Positions 29,068-39,215 of a DNA stretch of 64,000 nucleotides are shown here, piece after piece. This DNA comes from Candidatus Omnitrophota bacterium (GTDB lineage Bacteria > Omnitrophota > Gorgyraeia > Velamenicoccales > JABMQK01). The stretch is taken from NCBI GenBank assembly GCA_028711115.1, contig JAQTSV010000001.1, positions 1,432,928 through 1,496,927 of the forward strand, given 5' to 3'. The position numbers were made by a program, and so were the translations under genes. Under the pieces are notes generated by a model that worked only from the letters and a program-made list of their open reading frames with translations, made no database searches and had not been told where the DNA came from. Within the stretch, counting starts at the first letter, position 1. Every line of letters starts with the position of its first letter.

Positions 29068-30066
29068 TTAAATCTGACGACAAGAATCCCGAATAATTAA
29101 TTCAGTGGGTAAAATTATCTTTGTGGAAGTTTTAGCGGCCTTGGTTGACATAATTTTATGCAATAAAGAAGTTGCCTTGGCAGCCATCTCGATTAAAGGT
29201 TGTTTTACAGTGGTTAAACCGACTGATCCGTAAAGACAAATGGGGTTATCATCGAAACCTACTACCGAGATATCGCCGGGAACTTTTAATTTGTTTTCCA
29301 AGATAACGGATATTGCCTCCTGTGCCATATCGTCAGAAGCAACAAAAACAGCCGTGGGAACGGAATTTAACTTTAACAGCGCTGACATGGCCTTCCTTGC
29401 AGATGGACGGGAATAATCACCTTTTTTGATAAAATCCTCCTCAATGTTAATATTATTTTTCTCCAGCGCCTGTTTATATCCTTCCAATCTGTCCGCTGCT
29501 GCCTGGCTTACCAGATTTCCGCTGATATGGGCGATATTACGGTGGCCCAGATGAATCAAATACTCTACTGCGTTTTTTGCGCCTGTTTTATTATCTATAG
29601 CCACATAATCCGTATCTAAATCATCGGCCTTATAATTCATTACCACGCACGGCGTGCCAGATTCTAAAACACTATCCAGCTCTTCTTTGTTGGATATGAT
29701 ATCCGCAAATAACACGCCGCCGACTGAGGCGGTATCGAGCGAGCTCTTTTCAGTACTTAAATGCAGGAGCAAATCCAGCTTCAGGCTTTCGCTGGCCACA
29801 CCTACTCCGCGGATAATCTGATTGGCGTAGAAAGAAAAGAATATGCCTTCGTATCTGGGAATAACCAAAGCGATTGTATCGCTCTTTCCCTTGGCTAATC
29901 TCTGGGCAATAACATTGGGTTTAAATTTTAACTTGCGGATTGCCTCTTCTACTTTGAGACGATTGGCTTCCTGGACTGTGGGAAGTTTATTTATTACGCG
30001 GGAGACGGTGGTGGGAGAAACACCAGCTAATTTTGCGACTTCTTCTATTCTTATTTTTTCAGCCAC
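29068..30066 (-). CDS. LacI family transcriptional regulator
   Basis: 332 aa. N-terminal HTH IEEVAKLAGVSPTTVSRVIN and a periplasmic-binding-protein-like sugar-binding core. Confidence 0.85.
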   Translation of the reverse strand: MAEKIRIEEVAKLAGVSPTTVSRVINKLPTVQEANRLKVEEAIRKLKFKPNVIAQRLAKGKSDTIALVIPRYEGIFFSFYANQIIRGVGVASESLKLDLLLHLSTEKSSLDTASVGGVLFADIISNKEELDSVLESGTPCVVMNYKADDLDTDYVAIDNKTGAKNAVEYLIHLGHRNIAHISGNLVSQAAADRLEGYKQALEKNNINIEEDFIKKGDYSRPSARKAMSALLKLNSVPTAVFVASDDMAQEAISVILENKLKVPGDISVVGFDDNPICLYGSVGLTTVKQPLIEMAAKATSLLHKIMSTKAAKTSTKIILPTELIIRDSCRQI

Positions 30067-30125
30067 TTCATTAAGCTAAGGTCGATAAAATTTTGACGAT
30101 TTTCTGCTTATGTGCAATAAAAAAA

Positions 30126-31376
30126 TTAATTAACTAATTTAACAACGTCCCCTACTTTTACCTCTTCGTTAACAGCGCTCTCTTTGATATCCGCAGCCGA
30201 GATATCCTTGCGCATCAATATGACTTCCAGGCTGGCTATATATTTATTATCTCGGGAAACGCTGAATTTATCGCCGACTTTTACGCCGGCATTTTCACCC
30301 AAATCAACAATCACGAAATCGTTCTGCTTATTTAATGAGAGCACTCTGCCGGTAAGTGTCGGCTTGTCCGATTCCTGTTTGCCACGCACAACAATCGGTG
30401 ACAATTCTACCGTGCGGGAACCCGGGACGACCGCAGGCATCTCTTTATTCTGAAAGTCTCCTAAATCTTTCTTTATCTTGACAATCTCGTCGACTCTTTC
30501 TGAGACGATATTCTCTGTCTGGCCTAATTTCTTCACCAGTGCACCGCGCTCCTGCTCCAAATTATCCAGCTTTCTGTAAAGGGTGGATTTTGTATTTTCC
30601 AAATCTTTAATGCGGGCGCGCATCTGGGTATTGTCTGTTCTTATTTTATCCAACTGTTCAAGCAGCGCTTCCTTATCGCTTTTTTCCCTTACCAGGTCTT
30701 CGGATAAGGAATTTGCCAATTTTTCGTTATAGGCGGCGCGCCTGTCCAAATCATCTTTCTGCTGAATGACATTCTTTAATTCCATCTCAAATGAATTTCT
30801 TTCTTTCAGCAACTCATCTGCCTTAAAGGTGATTTCTTTCAATTGTGTCTTGGCATTTTCTAATTCGAGTTCTGCGGCGGCTTTCTGCCTTAATACCTCT
30901 GCCCAGAATGCCTCTTGCGGGTTTGCGGGAGAATAAGTCGAAGGGGCATTGGCTGGTGTTTCTTGCTCCTTCTTGGCTTCTTTTTCCTTGGCAGACTTTA
31001 CTTTATCTATGTCCTGCTGAAGCTTACTTTTTTCTTCTATAAGGCTTTGGACTTTGGTGATAAGGCTGTCGCGCTCCTTGGAGGTTAAGTCCAATCTTTC
31101 CTTGACTCTTGCGATTTCATCCTGGAGACCCTTGCCTTTGGCTTCTATTTCCGAGAGATTGCTGGTGAGGGATTTATTTTTTGCCAAAACATTGGCGAGT
31201 TCTGCGGTGAGCTTATCGTTTTCTTTACTTACCTGAGCCAATTCCTGTTCAACAGCTTCTTTACGTAACTGTATTTTCCTGCTGGTGATATTTAATTGGA
31301 AGGCGATAAGTAAACTTATAGCCGACAAAACTCCTAGTCCTACAACTAAGAGCTTAATCTTATTATCCATTACCAC
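30126..31376 (-). CDS. Membrane-anchored long coiled-coil protein, unknown function
   Basis: 416 aa. One N-terminal TM helix, about 280 aa of heptad-rich E/K/L sequence, and a C-terminal beta-rich domain (GRVLSLNKQNDFVIVDLGENAGVKVGD). Confidence 0.4.
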   Translation of the reverse strand: MVMDNKIKLLVVGLGVLSAISLLIAFQLNITSRKIQLRKEAVEQELAQVSKENDKLTAELANVLAKNKSLTSNLSEIEAKGKGLQDEIARVKERLDLTSKERDSLITKVQSLIEEKSKLQQDIDKVKSAKEKEAKKEQETPANAPSTYSPANPQEAFWAEVLRQKAAAELELENAKTQLKEITFKADELLKERNSFEMELKNVIQQKDDLDRRAAYNEKLANSLSEDLVREKSDKEALLEQLDKIRTDNTQMRARIKDLENTKSTLYRKLDNLEQERGALVKKLGQTENIVSERVDEIVKIKKDLGDFQNKEMPAVVPGSRTVELSPIVVRGKQESDKPTLTGRVLSLNKQNDFVIVDLGENAGVKVGDKFSVSRDNKYIASLEVILMRKDISAADIKESAVNEEVKVGDVVKLVN

Positions 31377-31478
31377 CCCCTTTTACTCAATATAGCATAA
31401 TATAATATATGTATGAGTTCAAGAAAAAAACCAAAAATATTTTAATTATAAACTTTATATATTTAATATAATAAAAAA

Positions 31479-32714
31479 TTATTCTTTAACACCTGCGAAT
31501 ACTTCACGCACAATAAAATTTGCTGCCCCCAAGGCTATGGCATTCTCTCCTAACCGCGACGGAATAATTCTTACAGCGCTGCTGGATTCTTCAAACGCCC
31601 ACTCGCCAACACTGCGCTTTATCTCCTCGATAAAAGGCATACCGGCTTCTTCCAAACCGCCGCCGATAATCACTACTTGAGGATTGAGCAAATTTACCAA
31701 AAAAGCGACCTTGATACCAAGACGCCTTGCAGCACCCTTTACTATATCTAAAGCCAAATGGTCATCTGATTTTACTGCCTCAAATATATTCCTCAAATTT
31801 AATTTATCCAGAGAACCGCCGCAAAGCTCCCAAATCTTGGAACTTTTATTTGAAGGCAGTTCTTTGCGCGCAGCATCCAGCATTCCTATATCAAGTTCCC
31901 AGCGTTTTAAAAAACACGGCTGCCCCGCTTCGCAAGAAAAACTCTGTTGCTCCCTGGGATTATATATTGATATTTCTCCGGCACAACCATTTGCGCCTCT
32001 GTATATCTCACCATTAATCATAATCCCGCAGCCTACGCCGGAAAACATATACAAGAGATTCTGTATCTCCACATCTTGGCTCAGCCACTGCTCGCCAAAA
32101 CAGGCCATTGTGGCATCATTATCCACAATCACGGGATAATTAAATTCCTTTTCTACAATATCTTTCAGGGGAAGAGTAATCAGTGAATAAGTATGATTCT
32201 TTTTGTCCATTATTTCCGGCCAGCGCACAGTCTCTCTTTTATCATCCACAATACCCGCTATGGCGATGCCTACTCCTTTAATTTTATCTTTGTAATCTTT
32301 GGCTTGCGCCAATAAATCCCTGGTAAGCTTTAATATCGATTCCACGATATCGGCCGCCCTGTTTTGTGTCCTCTCATTCTTAACCCTTAAGATTAATTTT
32401 CCTCTCATATCCACCAATACCGCGATGGTGTTTAAAAGATTAAATCCGATGCCAATGGCATAGCCGCAATCGCTGTTTAAATCCAATAACACTGGCCTTC
32501 TGCCGCCTTTGGAGACATCTAATTCCTTCTCGAAGATTAATTTCTGGCGCAGAAATTCCTCCACGTAATTAGAAACAGTAACCACGTTTACTCCGATAAG
32601 GCCGGAAATATCCGTCTTAGAAATCGGGCCGACACGCCTAATGGTATCCAAAATAGAAAGGTTCTTTCTGGAACGCTCAGATAATGTTTCGCCTTTAATG
32701 GCTAATTCTTTCAT
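31479..32714 (-). CDS. ROK family transcriptional regulator (NagC/XylR-like)
   Basis: 411 aa. N-terminal wHTH, then a ROK sugar-kinase-like fold (GIGFNL..., DNDATMA, CGCGxxGC-like CGIMINGEIYRGANGCAGEI). Confidence 0.8.
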   Translation of the reverse strand: MKELAIKGETLSERSRKNLSILDTIRRVGPISKTDISGLIGVNVVTVSNYVEEFLRQKLIFEKELDVSKGGRRPVLLDLNSDCGYAIGIGFNLLNTIAVLVDMRGKLILRVKNERTQNRAADIVESILKLTRDLLAQAKDYKDKIKGVGIAIAGIVDDKRETVRWPEIMDKKNHTYSLITLPLKDIVEKEFNYPVIVDNDATMACFGEQWLSQDVEIQNLLYMFSGVGCGIMINGEIYRGANGCAGEISIYNPREQQSFSCEAGQPCFLKRWELDIGMLDAARKELPSNKSSKIWELCGGSLDKLNLRNIFEAVKSDDHLALDIVKGAARRLGIKVAFLVNLLNPQVVIIGGGLEEAGMPFIEEIKRSVGEWAFEESSSAVRIIPSRLGENAIALGAANFIVREVFAGVKE

Positions 32715-32775
32715 TTTAAACTCTGCATTCTCCGTGGCTTTTAATAATCCGTGGCATTTATTGCAAAATTGCTGG

Positions 32776-34959
32776 CTACTTTGTTTTTACCTGTAAAACT
32801 TCTTTTTTAAATTTATTCAGGAAATTTTCTATATTTTTATCTTTCTTGGAAAGGGCAAATAATATCGCCCAGATAGCTAGATTGCGCATATAGTGGTCGC
32901 CGAATAAGTAATCGCCTTTGGAGCTGGAATAAATATCCGGCTGATTCCAGACATTTTTCTCCTTCTCGCAAATATTGGACCAGATTCTCTTGCCTATCTC
33001 CTGCGCTTCTTTGCTGAAACCTTCGTAAATCGCTAAACTTAAAAAACTATAATTTATTCCTACCCAGATGTTTGCGGAATGCAAACAGCTGTTGTCTCTT
33101 TCGCCGTCAGGATACACAGAATTGGTCAGGCCATAAGGAGAATCCTTGGCGTTTAATTCCAATATTGTGTGTATTGCTTTTTTTACTTTCTCTTTAGAAA
33201 CTATGTAGCCCAGGTCCAACAGATGCGCATACCACTGGCCTGTGAGCTGAGCCACAGTACAAGCAATACTAATCTTGGGAAGCCCTTTAGAGCTCCTGTT
33301 ATTTCTATTATTATACTCTATAAAATGTGTTTTTTGCCACAATTTTTTTTCAAAATTCTTTTTGCCTTTCTTGAAATATTCGGCTGCAACTTGTTCTGTG
33401 TCTTTATCTTCCATAATCTGGCCTATCTTTATAAGAGAAAGCAGCGCCGCCAGGAATATGCTGGAGGTATAGGAACTTGCTCCGTAACAATACCAGAGGT
33501 CAAACGTATGGTCTGCGCCTTCATTATCAGGCAGGCCGTCTTTATTTTTATCTGTTTCCACCAGCCAATAAAACGCCTTCTTTATAAAAGGATAAAGTTT
33601 TTTCAAAAACTCCAAATCTTTCGTCCAGAGATAATCCCTGTAGACCATAAGTATAAATTTGGAATTTAAATCCTTCCAATAAAAGCGATTGGTGCTGACG
33701 CTGGCTAAATCCAAGCGCATTCTGCCTAAATCATGCATGATATATCCGTCGGCACGCTGTGTCTGGGCGAATTCCATTAATTCTTTTAATTCTAATTGAG
33801 GAAAAAGTAAAGCCAGGGCTACCGAAGAATAGAAACGCACATCCAGCGTCCCCGTCAGAGGACAGACCTGCGGTCCTTCCAGAAAAGCAAAGCTCATCCT
33901 CTTGGTCCAGATTGTCGAAGAAAAGAATGTATATAAATTATTGAGCAGAGCGTCTCTTAACCATTCCGGTATATTTAATTGTTTAAGCTGCCCTACGAAC
34001 GCATCTGTCTTTTCCGAAAGTTCTTTTTTATTATTGTAAAAATAATGGACTGCCTCGCGCGAACTCTTGAAATAATTGCTGTAGACATGCCCGTCCAGGC
34101 ATAAGGGGAAATTCCACGCCAAGATTACAGGTATCTTTATTCTTGATTTTGGTTTTAATTTGAATTTTACAGAAAACGCCCCGGCCAACTCCACACTCTC
34201 AGAACTTACAGGTATCTCTGAATTGATATTGGGGAGTTCGCCTTCCTGCGAAAATAACTCAAACGCCTCCAGCCTCATTTCTTCTTTATTAAAAGCGAAC
34301 GGCTTGGGCATCAGATTATATTCGCCCAGATAACTTACCGCATATTTATCCGATTTTACGACGGCAATACTCATATTTCCCTGAGCCTGATCCATGGGCG
34401 AGTGTTTCTTCAAAAGCATATTCAGGGAAATTAAATCAGCTTCGTCTATTACTTGATTAAACCTGCCCACGCACCACTCACCTATGATATTCCTCACATT
34501 TACCAGCAAGGCTGCCTCAATATAACGGCTGGTGGGATTATTAATCTTAAACTGCAATTCTGTTACCGGCAGACAGGAATTTTTCTCTTCACCTGGTATA
34601 AACGGAGAGTATGCCTCTAAGGAAATTTCCAAAGGAATATCTTTGTCCTCATAATCTAAATAAACAAAAGGAAATTCGCCTTTATATTTAATATTTTCTA
34701 TCGCAGGATACTGGGAAATCTTTACGGTCTGCAGCAATTTGGCTGTCTTTTTCTTATTGTCCCTGCAATAAATGCCGAAATGATAACCTAATAGCCCGAT
34801 TATTTCATTTTCCGTGGAATTAGTCAGCGGCTTTTGAAAATTATTCAGAATGGTAAAATTATCCAAAACGCCCGAAGGCATTATCTCAAGCTTTCCTGCC
34901 CCGATACCTCCCAGCGGAACACCGGATTTTACAAATTGCGTAGAATCAAAATTTGCCAT
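32776..34959 (-). CDS. Glycoside hydrolase family 116-like (GBA2-type beta-glucosidase)
   Basis: 727 aa. N-terminal GVPLGGIGAGKLEI motif of the GH116 N-domain, followed by an (alpha/alpha)6-like C-terminal half. Confidence 0.6.
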   Translation of the reverse strand: MANFDSTQFVKSGVPLGGIGAGKLEIMPSGVLDNFTILNNFQKPLTNSTENEIIGLLGYHFGIYCRDNKKKTAKLLQTVKISQYPAIENIKYKGEFPFVYLDYEDKDIPLEISLEAYSPFIPGEEKNSCLPVTELQFKINNPTSRYIEAALLVNVRNIIGEWCVGRFNQVIDEADLISLNMLLKKHSPMDQAQGNMSIAVVKSDKYAVSYLGEYNLMPKPFAFNKEEMRLEAFELFSQEGELPNINSEIPVSSESVELAGAFSVKFKLKPKSRIKIPVILAWNFPLCLDGHVYSNYFKSSREAVHYFYNNKKELSEKTDAFVGQLKQLNIPEWLRDALLNNLYTFFSSTIWTKRMSFAFLEGPQVCPLTGTLDVRFYSSVALALLFPQLELKELMEFAQTQRADGYIMHDLGRMRLDLASVSTNRFYWKDLNSKFILMVYRDYLWTKDLEFLKKLYPFIKKAFYWLVETDKNKDGLPDNEGADHTFDLWYCYGASSYTSSIFLAALLSLIKIGQIMEDKDTEQVAAEYFKKGKKNFEKKLWQKTHFIEYNNRNNRSSKGLPKISIACTVAQLTGQWYAHLLDLGYIVSKEKVKKAIHTILELNAKDSPYGLTNSVYPDGERDNSCLHSANIWVGINYSFLSLAIYEGFSKEAQEIGKRIWSNICEKEKNVWNQPDIYSSSKGDYLFGDHYMRNLAIWAILFALSKKDKNIENFLNKFKKEVLQVKTK

Positions 34960-34979
34960 AATTAAAATCCTGTTTTGGT

Positions 34980-36605
34980 TTATTCGTTATAAATATTGGC
35001 CATCTCTATAGTACCGCTGATTGCACTGGAGGGCGCAACCAACACCACATTGACCACCTTTGTGCCTGGATCTTTGTATTTAGTCTCGAATTTATAATCA
35101 TTAAGCGGATTCTGGTTAGTACCTAATTGCCCTGACCAGAGATACGTAAACTCCTGCTGCAGGCAGGCAGTGTCTGTAAAATACGATATGGTCTCAAACA
35201 GCACATTTTTATCCAGATAATCTTTTGCATGCCTGGCAAACAGCGCCAACCTGAGGTATGGCTTTTCTTCCTTCTGGTTTAATACTGCCTCTAAAAACAT
35301 CCTCAAGTTATATTCGATTTCTTTTGCCTCGGTTATCTCTTTAAGCCTGGTTTCGGCTAAAGGCACTATGTCGGGTTTGTCTTTTAAATCTTTTGTCTTT
35401 TCTAAAATTGTGTTGTAGAATTCCTTTGCTTTTTCTAAATTTCCCTGCCAGTGATCCAATAAACCCAAATGGTATATACTATTAAGGTAATCTACGCTTT
35501 GCGGAAATTCATTCACTACTTTTAAAAAATAAACTCTTGCCTGGTCTATATTGTCAAATATATAGGCGCTAAAAATGCCCAGCCGGAAATAAATCCTGTC
35601 TTTGTCCTGATAATTCGGGAAAAGGTCGATTAATTTGCGGTATTCGGAATAAGAGGATTCAAATTCCTTTATGCGCTCCAGATTATACGCCCTTCTGTAC
35701 TGATTGATCTCATCAAAATCTTCCAGACCATACGAGGATTCTATTTCTTTGTAAACGTTTTCGGCAAAAAACGGGTCTATCCCCTCCTGCCATCCTGGAT
35801 GGATAAATTCCGTGGCGATATCGAACATCTTCTTTGCAATAATTCCTTTATCCTGTTTTGTGTCGCTGCTGATTTTCTCCAGGTAAGCCCCATACAGAGA
35901 AACAGCCAAATCTGTCTTGTTTTCCTTCAAAAACTCCTCTGCTAATTTCTTTAATTCATCCTGGCTTATATCGCTCTGGGAAATTTTCGAAACATAAATA
36001 CTGTAGAATTTCCTGGCGTAGCTAACTTTCTTTTCTCTGTATAATTCGTCGGCAATATCTCTTATAACCTGTGTGTCGCTTCCTGTCTTTAAGTATTCCC
36101 TGGCTGATCTAAACAAATTTTCCAGGCTGACAATCCAGGCCTTTTCATCGTCCTGATTTATGCGGCACTGTAAAAATTCCAGCCTCAAAGCCAGAGGATT
36201 TAGTGTGGTGTTTAATTTTTGCGCCTTATCCAGAGCCCTGCCCAAATCGGCAAGATAGACTTCCTTATTATCAAACAGCTCCTGCCATACTTTATTTTCT
36301 TCCAGAAATTGTATCTGCCTGAATATCGCCAACGCCCTGTAATAGTAGAAAACCGGGCTTCTTTTAAATAATTTGTTTTTCTCCAAAGTCTTTAGAAAAT
36401 CAAAGAAATCCGTAAATTTATTATCCTTGGTACATATATTCAATAATTCCGCAAGCAACGGCTCTGCATTTTCAATAGTCTTTGCCTTTTTTATCTCCTG
36501 CTTAAGCAAATCGGTTCTTGACGGCTCCTGCTGCGCCAGACAGAAATTTCCCGTTACAAAAAATATAAAAACTAACGCGATTATTTTATTTCTTAGGCTT
36601 ATCAT
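34980..36605 (-). CDS. Secreted TPR-like repeat protein
   Basis: 541 aa. Signal peptide IIALVFIFFVTGNFCLAQQ, then helical repeats with Y/F/A spacing typical of TPR. Confidence 0.45.
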   Translation of the reverse strand: MISLRNKIIALVFIFFVTGNFCLAQQEPSRTDLLKQEIKKAKTIENAEPLLAELLNICTKDNKFTDFFDFLKTLEKNKLFKRSPVFYYYRALAIFRQIQFLEENKVWQELFDNKEVYLADLGRALDKAQKLNTTLNPLALRLEFLQCRINQDDEKAWIVSLENLFRSAREYLKTGSDTQVIRDIADELYREKKVSYARKFYSIYVSKISQSDISQDELKKLAEEFLKENKTDLAVSLYGAYLEKISSDTKQDKGIIAKKMFDIATEFIHPGWQEGIDPFFAENVYKEIESSYGLEDFDEINQYRRAYNLERIKEFESSYSEYRKLIDLFPNYQDKDRIYFRLGIFSAYIFDNIDQARVYFLKVVNEFPQSVDYLNSIYHLGLLDHWQGNLEKAKEFYNTILEKTKDLKDKPDIVPLAETRLKEITEAKEIEYNLRMFLEAVLNQKEEKPYLRLALFARHAKDYLDKNVLFETISYFTDTACLQQEFTYLWSGQLGTNQNPLNDYKFETKYKDPGTKVVNVVLVAPSSAISGTIEMANIYNE

Positions 36606-37887
36606 TTTTCTCGTTTAACTTACGATTAGGATTCTTCCAAAATTCCCTAAGACTATAGTAACTTTTGCGCGGCATTCTTTTATTCAAACCATTTTCCAAT
36701 TCATTGGATAAAGCTACCAGGCCAAACCACTCTTCATTCATATTTTTATTGCCGGGTACCTTGATATCAAAATAATAGGCGCCGTTAGACCAATTCGATT
36801 CGGTGTCGTGCACGGACCAGCCTTGCGGTGCGTATTCTTTATGTTTCCACCATTCGTCCGTCCATTCAAATGTGGTGCCGCCCAGGCAATTGCCGACTCC
36901 TTCTGGATTTTTAGCTAAATTCTGGTAAATATGAACCCACTGCGATTCCAGAAATTCCGCCTGGGAATCCTGATCCTCTTGTTTTGTATATGCGTTGTAG
37001 GCATCGCAACCAAACTCGATAAATACTAAAGGCCTGTCAAATACATTGCGCAAACTCTTGAATATATTTCCGAATGTTTTTCCGCGGTAAATAATACAGG
37101 CCACTATATCTACATCAGGGCATACTTTGTTGGCAATATCCAAAGTCATAAGCTCGCCGTTTCCCATCGCCACAGGATGATTGGGGTCGATGGCGTGAAT
37201 TTCCCTGGCTAATTCATTTACAAAAGAATAATAAATGCGCGCGCGCTCATTTATCTGGGCAGACGGTTCACACAATGCGTCTATTTCCGCCGAGGACCAG
37301 GCATTCACTCTTCCTGAAAAAGAATAATTATTTTCATTTCCTAAAACCCAGAATAAAATCCCGGGTTCGTCTTTATATTCGCGCACCATGGCCAAGACGT
37401 CTTTCTTTACGTTATCTCTGAATTCAGCATCGGCGTAGAAAGGCATGGGATAATTCCAAAACCCCAGCCAATGCCCCATAATCGTGCGTATGCCGTACAG
37501 TTTATAGAGGTCGTTCATCACTTTTTTTACGCTGGCCGGATTCTGGCCTGGTTGGTAAAACCTTACGGTATTGACACCCATATCCTTCATAAGTTTACCG
37601 TCGAGCTTCCAGGGTTCGCTGGCATCTCCCCAGAAATCATAATCATGAGTTGCGCCTATGGGTATGGGATTATAACAGACGCCTTTAATAATATAAGGTT
37701 TCTTATTTACCAGCAGCTGGTAATGGCCATTCTTAAGCTTTCTGATTCCTACCTTAGTAGCTGAAGGCTGAGAGAAAGCAGTGTAGCCTAAGAAAACAAT
37801 GCCTAAGAATAAAATAGTTATTGCTCGTTTCATAAATTTCGCATTATGCCAATAGCGGGCTGCAAGAAAAAACTTCCAGCTCACCAT
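36586..37887 (-). CDS. Secreted clan GH-A (TIM-barrel) glycoside hydrolase, paralogue of the C-terminal half of 39216..41495
   Basis: 433 aa. KPYIIKGVCYNP, MGVNTVRFY and WVLGNENNY (NE acid/base motif). A signal peptide begins at M19 (alternative start 37833). Confidence 0.55.
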   Translation of the reverse strand: MVSWKFFLAARYWHNAKFMKRAITILFLGIVFLGYTAFSQPSATKVGIRKLKNGHYQLLVNKKPYIIKGVCYNPIPIGATHDYDFWGDASEPWKLDGKLMKDMGVNTVRFYQPGQNPASVKKVMNDLYKLYGIRTIMGHWLGFWNYPMPFYADAEFRDNVKKDVLAMVREYKDEPGILFWVLGNENNYSFSGRVNAWSSAEIDALCEPSAQINERARIYYSFVNELAREIHAIDPNHPVAMGNGELMTLDIANKVCPDVDIVACIIYRGKTFGNIFKSLRNVFDRPLVFIEFGCDAYNAYTKQEDQDSQAEFLESQWVHIYQNLAKNPEGVGNCLGGTTFEWTDEWWKHKEYAPQGWSVHDTESNWSNGAYYFDIKVPGNKNMNEEWFGLVALSNELENGLNKRMPRKSYYSLREFWKNPNRKLNEKNDKPKK

Positions 37888-37927
37888 GGTATTTTAATCG
37901 CCGGCAAAATTACCGGTGGAATCAGTA

Positions 37928-39067
37928 TTACTCGTATTTTATGTCGTCCAGATAGAATACAATACCGTTTGGATTAACGTCTATATTCGTTGACCAGCAG
38001 AAACCGCCGACAATATAAGTAAGGTCTTTTCCTGTGAGGTCAATCGTATACTGTTTCCACTCTTTGGTTAGAATTACAGGGCCGATACCTGCGGAATCAC
38101 TGTCAGGGTATTCGCCCATGATGCCGCCCATTTTGAACTCTTCAATGCGCTCGCCACCTTTCTCGCCTCTGGCCCAAAAAGTAAGCTTGGTCGCCTTGAA
38201 AAGGTTGTAACCGGCGTCTATGCCGCCCCAGTTATTGGCGGGATTCTGCCAGTATATACCTGCCCAGCGCGCACCCTGAGATACTTTATTATTGTATTCG
38301 ATCTTGATACAGGTAGCGCCGGCATAAGGATCTTCCAATGAGCCGACATCTATCTTCATATCAGCATAATCCCCCATCCAGCCGGAAGGAATAAAATGAT
38401 TGGAGATAGCCCCTTTGTCTTCATAAACATAAAAAGGCATATCTTCTACTTTTCTGGTCTCAGGCTGCACACTGGGATCTGATTCAAATTTTATATCATC
38501 AATATAAAAAGTAGCTCCGTTAGGATTGGAATCAGCATTCGCCACCCAGCCAAAACCGCCGGATATATAAGAAATATCTTTTCCTACGAGACTAATAGTA
38601 TATTGTTTCCATGTATCAGTAAGCTGTATCGGACCAGAGGAAACCTCGGCGGAATCAGGATATGTCCCCTTAATTCCTCCTATCATAATTTTGTCTATAA
38701 TTTCTCCGCCTTTGGCGCCTTTCATCCACACGCTTAGCTTGGTCATACCGGTAAGGTCAAAACCGCCCTTATTGGAACCCCAATTATTCGGAGGATTTTG
38801 CCAATATACGCCTGCCCAACCCTGGCCTTGCGACCTTTTGGCGGTGTAGATTACTTTAATGCAGGTCGAACCTGAATTAGGAGAATCCATATGTTTATCA
38901 TCCATAGAAATATCCGAATAATCCCCCATCCAGCCGGAAGGAATATAATGGTTATCCGGAGAATTGGCATCTGTGTATACCTTAAACATTGCATTGTCTT
39001 TTGCCAGGACAATGCCGCTAACCATAACTAAACCCAGAATCAAAATTAAACTCACAAACCTCTTCAT
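37928..39067 (-). CDS. Secreted protein made of two tandem ~175-aa CBM-like repeats
   Basis: The start was moved to MKRFVSLIL because AAAGGAGGcagtATG precedes it. The two halves align residue by residue (YIPSGWMGDY...STCIKV.Y...WAG.YWQNP.NNWG...FY.DDIK.E). Confidence 0.55.
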   Translation of the reverse strand: MKRFVSLILILGLVMVSGIVLAKDNAMFKVYTDANSPDNHYIPSGWMGDYSDISMDDKHMDSPNSGSTCIKVIYTAKRSQGQGWAGVYWQNPPNNWGSNKGGFDLTGMTKLSVWMKGAKGGEIIDKIMIGGIKGTYPDSAEVSSGPIQLTDTWKQYTISLVGKDISYISGGFGWVANADSNPNGATFYIDDIKFESDPSVQPETRKVEDMPFYVYEDKGAISNHFIPSGWMGDYADMKIDVGSLEDPYAGATCIKIEYNNKVSQGARWAGIYWQNPANNWGGIDAGYNLFKATKLTFWARGEKGGERIEEFKMGGIMGEYPDSDSAGIGPVILTKEWKQYTIDLTGKDLTYIVGGFCWSTNIDVNPNGIVFYLDDIKYE

Positions 39068-39215
39068 ACTGCCTCCTTTCAATGTTTTAACATTTTATGT
39101 TATAAATATTTGTTACTGCTTTTTGTTTATAAATACCTGTGAATTAATTTTATTGTTGAACTTTATAAATTACTTCACCTCCTTCGAATCAAACATGCCC
39201 TATAAAATTATTTGA